From a virus (lineage: Duplodnaviria > Caudoviricetes), in IMG/VR virus record IMGVR_UViG_3300032092_000208, positions 1 through 26,099 of that record: a stretch of 26,099 bases of DNA, one strand, 5' to 3'. The notes below the pieces were generated by a model. That model was not told the DNA's origin. It searched no databases and worked only from the letters and a program-made list of their open reading frames with translations. The translations under genes and the position numbers were made by a program. Positions 1-7,828 of this stretch are shown here, one piece after another. The first letter of the stretch is position 1. The number at the start of each line of letters is the position of its first letter.

Positions 1-770
1 CCACTAGATCCGCTGGTTCCATTAGAACCACTGGTTCCGCTTGAACCACTGGTTCCGCTTGAACCGCTAGTGCCACTTACGCCACTAGATCCGCTGGTTC
101 CACTAGATCCGCTGGTTCCACTAGATCCGCTGGTTCCATTAGAACCACTGGTTCCGCTTGAACCGCTAGTGCCACTTATGCCACTAGATCCGCTGGTTCC
201 GCTTGAACCGCTAGTGCCACTTACGCCACTAGATCCGCTGGTTCCACTTGAACCACTGGTTCCACTAGATCCGCTGGTTCCATTAGAACCACTGGTTCCG
301 CTTGAACCGCTAGTGCCACTTACGCCACTAGATCCGCTGGTTCCACTTGAACCACTGGTTCCACTAGATCCGCTGGTTCCATCAGAACCACTGGTTCCGC
401 TTGAACCGCTAGTGCCACTTACGCCACTAGATCCGCTGGTTCCACTTGAACCACTGGTTCCACTAGATCCGCTGGTTCCACTTGAACCACTGGTTCCACT
501 AGATCCGCTGGTTCCAGTAATACCACTTGATCCACTTGTTCCAGAAGATCCAGTAGCACCATCAATTCCTGAAGAACCACTTGTTCCAGAAGACCCAATG
601 TTTCCGTTTACTCCAGAAGAACCACTTGTTCCAGAAGACCCAATGTTTCCGTTTACTCCAGAAGAACCACTTGTTCCAGAAGATCCGCTTGTGCCAGAAG
701 AACCTGAAGTACCACTTATTCCAGAAGATCCAGAAGTACCATTTGTTCCAGAAGATCCACTAGTTCCTGC
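1..770 (-). repeat. Coding tandem repeat encoding uninterrupted Gly-X-Y triplets (mostly GTS/GSS), 9/18-bp units with 45-bp and 99-bp higher-order duplications
   Basis: Units such as ccactagatccgctggtt recur. An exact 45-bp duplication lies at 571-615/616-660. A 99-bp period has copies starting at 211, 310 and 409. Confidence 0.95.
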
Positions 771-3440
771 AACACCTTCATTTCTAGCTATTATTATTCT
801 ACTTGCAGGATAATTAGTTTGTGCATTTATATTTTGTGAACTTGAATCATTATGCCAAGCGTAAATTTCTACATAATCATTATTAGCTAAAACTAAAACT
901 GAAGAAAAATGAATTACTGGATAATCATCGTTTGCAGGTATACTGCTATATGAATATCTTCCTTGAGAAGAAGAAACATTACCATTTTTTACTATAAATA
1001 CAGATCTAGATGTGCCAGAAGTTCCACCACTTGCCCATCCTATATAGCCATCAACAGTGATAACAATTGTATCTCCAGAAGTATTTGTAAATCTATCAGT
1101 TCCATTGAAAGTTAAACCAATCGATCCTTGAGTATTCGCGGTATCCGCTGTAGACCAAGTTACCTTTGTATTTGAAGAGGATGATATGCTTTGAGTCGAG
1201 TTGTTATAATAAGCTAAAGTAGAAGAAATAACTGGATCACCGCTGGTTCCACTTGTTCCTGAAGTTCCACTTTGAGGCTCAATAATAACGCCACGAAATG
1301 TTAAAACATTTGCGGAAGTTGTTGTTAATGCAAAATAAACAGGTTTAGAAACTTCGCCAAAATTACTTGGCTCCGTTGTTGTTGCTGCACCCGCTGTAGT
1401 CGCCGATAAGAAATAAACTTGCCCCGGCGTTAATCCACTCAACCCTTCAATCAATCCATCATATACCAATTTAAAAGTATTTGAATTAACAATGGTTCTT
1501 ACTACTCCTTGAACTTCAGCGTGTTCGGCACTATCAGCTTGTGCTTTATACCATGTAGTTCCATCAAATCTAACAATATCACCGACAACGAACCCATGAC
1601 TTACTTGAGTAAATTCATCAATTAACGCAGTTCCATTACCAGTATCTAATTGTTTTTTAACAATATTATCTTCAATTACTAACTTATATAAATTTTCAGA
1701 AGTTGTAGTTGTTGGAAGTTCTGTAAATACTAAATTATTACTACCACTATAATATAATGTACCTGTTGTTAATGTATCTGAATCAGAAAACTTTGGTATA
1801 TAACCACTAACACCAGAACCATCAATAACTTTTTTTCCACTTAGCTGTGATAAATTTATAGCTTGATTTATATATCCAGAACTGATAAATAAAGTTTCCG
1901 AAAACTCTGAAACGACTTCTTTTGAATTTGTGGCGCGAACTTTAACAAAATAATTATTATCTTCTTTTACTGGAAAAATAAAAGAAGGATTGATTGCAGA
2001 ATATACAAAATCAGCAAAACCAGTTATTCTTTTTGCTATTTGTATTCCAGTTACAGAAGTTCCCAAACTATCCGTTCCGGTAGAAGAAGGTGTAAAATTA
2101 TTTAAATATCTATCTGCTGAATACGTTCCAGTATAAATAGTTCCACTATAAAAACCTCCAGAAGGCAAAAAATTAAAATTTCCATTTCCTGTATATCCAT
2201 AAGACAAGAATATATCTTGATAATTAGAATTACCAGATGGAATTCTTATTTCTGTTATATAAGGTATTTGAGTAGATGTTGTTTCGTAAGATCCAATTGG
2301 CAATGATCCAAAATTATCTACATAAACTGTATGATCAACCCATTGAATACCTGAAGATCCATAACTAGAAAATATATTTAAATTTCCAGAAATTCCTGTT
2401 CCTGTTCCATAAGCAATTGATAAAATATTTTTAGGAGAAGTATTTTGTTCGAAATAATTATATACTTTTTTATTATTGCCACTTTCTTCTACAGCGATAT
2501 GAAATATACAGTCTTGAGATTGAGTTATTGGACTCCAAGTAAGAAATGCTTCTAAATTTAAATTTTTATCTGTTTTATTTAAACTTGAAGAAACGTAACC
2601 TGTTAAACCAGATATTGTTGGCGGTAAACTAGATAAATTATAAGAAAATGGCTTTATTCCTGAAGAAACTACTTTTTGACCACTATAAAAATAACTATAA
2701 GGTATTAAATGTACATAATATGGCTGACGAATATTATTATCAGCTATTAAAAATTGAGAACTAGTTTGTAAATCAGGAATAATTACGTTATCAATATTTA
2801 TATTTTCGTAAGATTGTGTAAAAAGATAATCAGTAGAAGTTGTATCAAAAGAAGATCCAGTTGTTACAAAAACATCTAAAGATTTAATTATTTTTCTATC
2901 AGCGTAATTTAAACTTACTGTTACTTCATTATTTATATTATATCCAGAAATATAAACTTGAGGAGTTCCAAAATTAATTAAAGCACTTCCAGTACTAGTT
3001 CTTCCTTGAATATCCGTACTAACAATATCTATAAAAAACTGAGTTAAATTATTTACATTTTGCTCCCCAGTAATATTCGAAAATAAATTAACTAAATCAT
3101 CATTAGTTACAGAATAAGATGTATTTAAAAAACTATCAGGAGAACTAAATATTAAATTGCGATTTATATCATAAAAATTAGTCTTAAAACCAGAAAAACC
3201 AGCATCTGTAACTATATCAGATAAAATATCATTAGTAACTGGTCTTATTACTGACCAATCTAAATTAATTGAATCTTCTAATAAAAATCCACTAACAAAT
3301 GGCGTATTTATATTTAAACCATATGCGCTTGGTGATAAAGTATTATTTGTTGAAGAATCTGGATTAGCAGTAACTAAAGTTATACTAGATACCTCGAATG
3401 CCTTATCATAATCAATTCCTGAGTTTGGAATAAAAGCCAT
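1..3440 (-). CDS. Long tail fibre / collagen-like protein (>1146 aa, runs off the left edge): FN3-like N-terminal part, cement-like domain, C1q/TNF-like domain, Gly-X-Y repeat
   Basis: Absent from the ORF track, presumably because it has no stop within the window. Manual translation from ATG at 3440 (MAFIPNSGIDYDKAFEV...) stays open to position 3. It contains YFVKVRATNSKEVVSEFS (FN3-like end), GLTPGQVYFLSATTAG, SSVLVLANNDYVEIYAWHN and (GTSGSS)n. It starts 8 nt after the J stop. Confidence 0.9.
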   Translation of the reverse strand, partial: MAFIPNSGIDYDKAFEVSSITLVTANPDSSTNNTLSPSAYGLNINTPFVSGFLLEDSINLDWSVIRPVTNDILSDIVTDAGFSGFKTNFYDINRNLIFSSPDSFLNTSYSVTNDDLVNLFSNITGEQNVNNLTQFFIDIVSTDIQGRTSTGSALINFGTPQVYISGYNINNEVTVSLNYADRKIIKSLDVFVTTGSSFDTTSTDYLFTQSYENINIDNVIIPDLQTSSQFLIADNNIRQPYYVHLIPYSYFYSGQKVVSSGIKPFSYNLSSLPPTISGLTGYVSSSLNKTDKNLNLEAFLTWSPITQSQDCIFHIAVEESGNNKKVYNYFEQNTSPKNILSIAYGTGTGISGNLNIFSSYGSSGIQWVDHTVYVDNFGSLPIGSYETTSTQIPYITEIRIPSGNSNYQDIFLSYGYTGNGNFNFLPSGGFYSGTIYTGTYSADRYLNNFTPSSTGTDSLGTSVTGIQIAKRITGFADFVYSAINPSFIFPVKEDNNYFVKVRATNSKEVVSEFSETLFISSGYINQAINLSQLSGKKVIDGSGVSGYIPKFSDSDTLTTGTLYYSGSNNLVFTELPTTTTSENLYKLVIEDNIVKKQLDTGNGTALIDEFTQVSHGFVVGDIVRFDGTTWYKAQADSAEHAEVQGVVRTIVNSNTFKLVYDGLIEGLSGLTPGQVYFLSATTAGAATTTEPSNFGEVSKPVYFALTTTSANVLTFRGVIIEPQSGTSGTSGTSGDPVISSTLAYYNNSTQSISSSSNTKVTWSTADTANTQGSIGLTFNGTDRFTNTSGDTIVITVDGYIGWASGGTSGTSRSVFIVKNGNVSSSQGRYSYSSIPANDDYPVIHFSSVLVLANNDYVEIYAWHNDSSSQNINAQTNYPASRIIIARNEGVAGTSGSSGTNGTSGSSGISGTSGSSGTSGSSGTSGSSGVNGNIGSSGTSGSSGVNGNIGSSGTSGSSGIDGATGSSGTSGSSGITGTSGSSGTSGSSGTSGSSGTSGSSGTSGSSGVSGTSGSSGTSGSDGTSGSSGTSGSSGTSGSSGVSGTSGSSGTSGSNGTSGSSGTSGSSGTSGSSGVSGTSGSSGTSGSSGISGTSGSSGTSGSNGTSGSSGTSGSSGTSGSSGVSGTSGSSGTSGSSGTSGSNGTSGSS

Positions 3441-3447
3441 ATATTAC

Positions 3448-3454
3448 TTTACAC
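3448..3454 (-). promoter_or_regulatory. Putative late promoter GTGTAAA upstream of the collagen-like fibre gene
   Basis: Minus strand reads GTGTAAAGTAATAT-ATG and overlaps the J stop (GTG TAA). The same motif occurs at similar spacing before three other genes. Confidence 0.6.
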
Positions 3455-6400
3455 GTTGATTAATTTTAAATTTTTATCAAAAGCGTAAAAATCAATAAAA
3501 TAACTTGGACTATAATTTCTTGAAGAAATTGGTTTTTCTCCCAAGAATATATTAACAAATCTAGCTTCTGACCTTAAAATCTTAAATTTTAAAATCTTAC
3601 CATTTCTAGTTATATTACATAGTAATCCATTAACCAATGGATTAGTTAAGTAAGTAAATAAATTAACAAAATTAATGTTAATTGATTGATACATCTTTAA
3701 ATTATAATTAGCATTTAACACTTCATTTTCTATTAGAAAAGAATAATCATAATTCGTATTGATAGATTGAACATAACTTATATCCAATGGAGGATTAGTT
3801 ATATTTGCAATAATTTGATCGTCTGTTAACGCTGAAGTTATATAATCATCTGTAGAAAAAACTATTTGTTTTTGATTATTTTGATTTGGATCTACATATT
3901 TGTCATCTTCAACTATTTTAAATTTTTCTTCATCATACTTAAGAGCAGAAATAGCATAATCATTTGCAGAATTTTCTGTAATACTACTAATACGATAAAG
4001 ATTTTGTTTATCAATATTTTCTTCTAAATAGATAGCAAAATTAGCATCAGATCTTAAATTTGCATAATTACCATAAGTTTCATCTGGAAAAGATGTATAA
4101 TATAAATCTTTTATGCTTGCATATATAGTTTTCATTGCAACAATTGCATATAATGGATTTCCTTTAGTTCTTCCTTCTGTATATAATAAAGTATTATTTT
4201 GATAAAATTTTATATCAGTTCCATCATAAGTTATTGAAAAACTATCTGTTATTTTAAAAGATCCTGAAGCTACAATTGAATTATTAACTTCTACAACAAC
4301 TCCTGATCCAGCGAATCTAAAACGATAATCAATATCTGTATAACTATTATTTATATTATCAATTTCTGAAATACCCACTGCACTTTCACTAGACAAATCA
4401 GGAACAGAAAAATCAAGAGAACAATTATCAGTATACGATTGATTAGTATAAGCCTTTTTATTCCAATCTGATGCAAAACTACTTATAGCAGTCAATATTT
4501 TATTATCAGAAGAAGCTGTTATTCCAGATTTTAAAACCCAAGAAAAATATTTTTCATTTATTAACTTCAATCTTAAATTAGCATTATCTATTTCTGATAT
4601 ATAAAAAGATAATTCAATTGGTTCTCCTTGAACAACAGAAAATATTTTTATATTCTTACCTAAAGAATCATCAGCTACTGGCCTGTCTATATAAATATAA
4701 TTATTCTTAAAATCTAAAGAAGTTATTTTACCGTAACTTATATTTGATGTTTTTAAATAATCTGCCACTCTTACAACGTCTCCTATTTTTAATAAATTAG
4801 CTTCAACGCCAGTTGTAAAGCTAACAACTTCAGATTCCAACTTTCCCGTTGCTAAAAACCATTTTCCTATTCTATTTGCTTGGTATCTAGAAGTAACACC
4901 AAATCCAATAACCTCTTTTTCAATCAATCCATATTTTTTTATTAAATCCGAATCTTCTACATAAACAATTTTATCTTTAAAGTTATCGCTTTTATCTAGA
5001 TATGAAACTTTAGCTATAGAAAAAGAAGTATTAAAATCACTAGATGTGTAAGTAAATAAACCATCTTTAACGTTTGAATTTGTAAATATATAACTAGTAG
5101 GCGCAGAAACATCGCTGCTTAAACTTAAATAGCCATTTCTAAAATAAAAAATACCTCTAAAAACTGATGACAAATCAGATAAAACTTTTAAGCTTTCCGT
5201 TTCACTATTTAATAAAATATTTGCTGAAAATCTAGGTTCTAAGAAATCTCCAAAACCTTCTTGAGCAGCCACGCATTTTCCTGATTTTATTTTTAAATCA
5301 TAATCAAATATTTTAGCAGAACTATATTGCTCAGAAATCTGTTCTTCTGCACTATTATAGCTTAAAACTATATTGTCTGTTCTGGAAATATAAGAAACTG
5401 CATACTTCTTAATCTTATCTTGTCTATTTAAAATAGATGGATTTCCTGATACATAAGACTGTAAAGCTGAAAAAAACTTACCACTCTTATCAGATTCTAT
5501 AAATGTACGAGGACCAAAATCATTATAAAGCTTTATTTTTGCTTTATAAGTGCTAGTTACAGTAGCTGATACAATAATTTTTTTATAATTAGTATCAACA
5601 TTTTCATCAAATTGATCTTTTATATCATATAAAAATAATAACGAACCTATTGGATATTCTAAAGATAATTGTGTTTGATTTATTGCTGTAGCTCTAGTAA
5701 TTATTATAGTATTATAATCTACAGAATTTATATCTGTTAAATCATTGTCATAAGTAAAATTATCATAAGGATATTTTGTAGAAGCATTTGTTTTTACAAG
5801 CTCATCACAATATTTAGAAATTTTTAAAAGCTCCCATTTATTTAAATCGTTTTCATTAAAAAATGTTTTAGCTAATCCATATCTTGAATTAACACATAAA
5901 TCATAAAATATCCAAGCTGGATTATCAGACCATTTGAGAGTTTTGCTAAAATTACCAGTCCAATCTCCAGAATATTCTCTAGCTTCACAATCATAATTAT
6001 CTGGAACTCTTATCTTTAATAATTTGCAATCATAACTTCTTACTGGAATAGATCCAAAATGTCTTGCGCTTACTTTATTTCTACATAAAACAGAATATGG
6101 ATTTGAAAAACCATAATTTATTTGTTCGATTACAGAATCTACTGAAAAATTTCTTGATGCATTTCCAGCATTTTTTAACTCTTGAATGGCGCTTATTCTT
6201 TGTTGAACACTATAAACACTTAAAATAAACTCAGCAAATGGATTATTAGCTTTATCCTCATCGGATATTTCTAAAACAATTGGAATAATAATTGGCGTAG
6301 ATTTTACTACGAAGTATCCTTGAAAATATAAATAAGCTGTCTTTCTTGTTTGAGGATTATTTAAAGCAACAACAAATCTTATATAATTACTATAAGTCTC

Positions 6401-6985
6401 GCCTTTTCCTCCTATATAATACAATAAATCGATAGATACATTTAATATTATTGTTGTTGTGTATTTATTTTTTATATAATGAGTAAAGCAACGAGCAGTA
6501 TCTTTTAATGCAATTAACTTCTTTTCAAAATCAGCAGTGGTATTTTCATAAAAAAGTTTAACATCATAATTTTTAGTTATATCAAAATTTAAAGAAGGAT
6601 CTCTTTCCAAATCATAAACTCTACTTTTATATTCATATAAAGAACTAGCATTTAAATCTGAATTTTTAAGTGAATTTCCTAAATATAAACTAAAATCTGA
6701 AGAAGTTACATTAAATAAATTGCTTTTACTATCTTTAACTGGAACATCATTATAATAAACACCATAAGCTAAAGAAGAATTTGCTGAATTAACTGAACTA
6801 GCTGAAGAATTATTTAAAGAGATATAATTTACAGTATTTCCATTAGAATCTGTCAATCCTTCTATTGGTCCTTCAGTCAACATATCTACAGATTCATAAA
6901 AAGATTCTGAGTCTATTGTTGCATTATTACTAAGAGCAGCATTAGTCAAGATATTAGCACTATCTGTTTGAACGTATATATTCAT
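3449..6985 (-). CDS. Tail tip attachment / host specificity protein, lambda gpJ-like (1178 aa)
   Basis: gpJ-family motifs: DMLTEGPIEGL, YSGDWTGNF...WSDNPAWIFYDL..NSRYGL, YCDELV, EPRFSAN, GVTSRYQANRIGKW, LKIGDVVRVAD, LYRISSITEN...YAISAL. Follows L-K-I. Confidence 0.9.
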   Translation of the reverse strand: MNIYVQTDSANILTNAALSNNATIDSESFYESVDMLTEGPIEGLTDSNGNTVNYISLNNSSASSVNSANSSLAYGVYYNDVPVKDSKSNLFNVTSSDFSLYLGNSLKNSDLNASSLYEYKSRVYDLERDPSLNFDITKNYDVKLFYENTTADFEKKLIALKDTARCFTHYIKNKYTTTIILNVSIDLLYYIGGKGETYSNYIRFVVALNNPQTRKTAYLYFQGYFVVKSTPIIIPIVLEISDEDKANNPFAEFILSVYSVQQRISAIQELKNAGNASRNFSVDSVIEQINYGFSNPYSVLCRNKVSARHFGSIPVRSYDCKLLKIRVPDNYDCEAREYSGDWTGNFSKTLKWSDNPAWIFYDLCVNSRYGLAKTFFNENDLNKWELLKISKYCDELVKTNASTKYPYDNFTYDNDLTDINSVDYNTIIITRATAINQTQLSLEYPIGSLLFLYDIKDQFDENVDTNYKKIIVSATVTSTYKAKIKLYNDFGPRTFIESDKSGKFFSALQSYVSGNPSILNRQDKIKKYAVSYISRTDNIVLSYNSAEEQISEQYSSAKIFDYDLKIKSGKCVAAQEGFGDFLEPRFSANILLNSETESLKVLSDLSSVFRGIFYFRNGYLSLSSDVSAPTSYIFTNSNVKDGLFTYTSSDFNTSFSIAKVSYLDKSDNFKDKIVYVEDSDLIKKYGLIEKEVIGFGVTSRYQANRIGKWFLATGKLESEVVSFTTGVEANLLKIGDVVRVADYLKTSNISYGKITSLDFKNNYIYIDRPVADDSLGKNIKIFSVVQGEPIELSFYISEIDNANLRLKLINEKYFSWVLKSGITASSDNKILTAISSFASDWNKKAYTNQSYTDNCSLDFSVPDLSSESAVGISEIDNINNSYTDIDYRFRFAGSGVVVEVNNSIVASGSFKITDSFSITYDGTDIKFYQNNTLLYTEGRTKGNPLYAIVAMKTIYASIKDLYYTSFPDETYGNYANLRSDANFAIYLEENIDKQNLYRISSITENSANDYAISALKYDEEKFKIVEDDKYVDPNQNNQKQIVFSTDDYITSALTDDQIIANITNPPLDISYVQSINTNYDYSFLIENEVLNANYNLKMYQSININFVNLFTYLTNPLVNGLLCNITRNGKILKFKILRSEARFVNIFLGEKPISSRNYSPSYFIDFYAFDKNLKLINV

Positions 6986-7491
6986 TATGAAGCTATTCTA
7001 TTTGTATTATATAAATAATTTGATACAACTACAGATCCTACTTTTAACCTACCATAACCTATTGGAATAGATATATTTCTTTTAGTAACGTTTTCATATC
7101 CAGAGAATAGTTTAGAATTATTTTTTATATCTTTTGGCGTTTTTGGCGATAGTAATTTTGTTATTAATAATTGAATACCTGTAGCAATAGCCATTATAAC
7201 TAATGAAACTAAAAGAGTAATACCAAAATCAGAACCTAAAATTAAAGGAACTATTTCTATTTTAGAATTTTTATTTAAAACTGGAGAATTTAAATAATCT
7301 GGAGCCATTATTTTTCCATCTACATAAATTAAAAAATGAGAGATATATTCTTCCAAAATTCCTAAAGTTTTAATTAATTTTCCACTATTAGCCTCAATAG
7401 CATCAAAAGCTTCAGAAACAGTTTTAACATTCAAATTCCACTCTGTTTTCATTAAACTCTCAAATATTCCATGTAGTTTTATGTTAACCAT
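6985..7491 (-). CDS. Tail assembly protein, lambda gpI-like (168 aa)
   Basis: N-terminal IKLHG...V.TVSEAFDAI segment, central hydrophobic stretch and C-terminal IPIGYGRLKVGSVVVS (gpI-type). Lies between K and J with a TAATG overlap into J. Confidence 0.85.
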   Translation of the reverse strand: MVNIKLHGIFESLMKTEWNLNVKTVSEAFDAIEANSGKLIKTLGILEEYISHFLIYVDGKIMAPDYLNSPVLNKNSKIEIVPLILGSDFGITLLVSLVIMAIATGIQLLITKLLSPKTPKDIKNNSKLFSGYENVTKRNISIPIGYGRLKVGSVVVSNYLYNTNRIAS

Positions 7492-7495
7492 ATAA

Positions 7496-7828
7496 TTAAT
7501 ATTTACACTTCATTTCTTTAAAAATATCATTTTTGATATCATACATGAGCATATTTAAGTTATGATATTTTTGATATTGAAAATCTATTTTTGAAAAGTT
7601 TTGGCTATGTGGATGACTATGAAATAAATAAATGATTTTAAATTTATTCTTTATATTTAAATAGTCTTTAGGAGATATTAAAAAATTATTTTCTTTAGAA
7701 GGATGCTTATTTTCAATTTGAATGAATTTATATACATTATTATCTTGAACAATAAAACCACAAATTTCTAATGCAGTATTTTTATTGCATAATGTTTTTA
7801 TTTCATCCAATAATTCATTTTTTAGCAT
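7496..7828 (-). CDS. Tail assembly protein, lambda gpK-like, JAB/MPN domain only (about 110 aa)
   Basis: JAMM motif EICGFIV...FHSHP.....SKID, positioned between L and I. Start moved from 7864 to the ATG at 7828 (MLKNEL), which gives only a short overlap with the L stop. Confidence 0.8.
   Translation of the reverse strand: MLKNELLDEIKTLCNKNTALEICGFIVQDNNVYKFIQIENKHPSKENNFLISPKDYLNIKNKFKIIYLFHSHPHSQNFSKIDFQYQKYHNLNMLMYDIKNDIFKEMKCKY
7502..7508 (-). promoter_or_regulatory. Putative late promoter GTGTAAA upstream of the gpI-like gene
   Basis: Minus strand reads GTGTAAATATTAATTAT-ATG, embedded in the last codons (K-C-K-Y-stop) of the gpK-like gene. Confidence 0.55.

Noticed and set aside
1-770. 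Possible CRISPR array or non-coding satellite
   Set aside because: No unique spacers. Units are multiples of 9 bp and vary mostly at synonymous positions, so this is a coding repeat.
70-813. Plus-strand 247-aa Pro/Leu-rich ORF (PLDPLV repeats) and the 60-aa ORF at 581-763
   Set aside because: Antisense shadows of the minus-strand Gly-X-Y repeat. The minus frame is continuous with a long multidomain gene and matches the operon direction.
3423-3440. FIPN at the fibre N-terminus (MAFIPNS), GYIPKF in the same fibre and FIPDF in the TMP (19212-19226) as extra copies of the GFIPNF motif
   Set aside because: Short partial matches that could arise by chance. Not supportable without conservation data.
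5240-5794. Intein in gpJ (also considered for the TMP cassettes)
   Set aside because: No C/S-start with HN-C/S/T end and no LAGLIDADG blocks seen.
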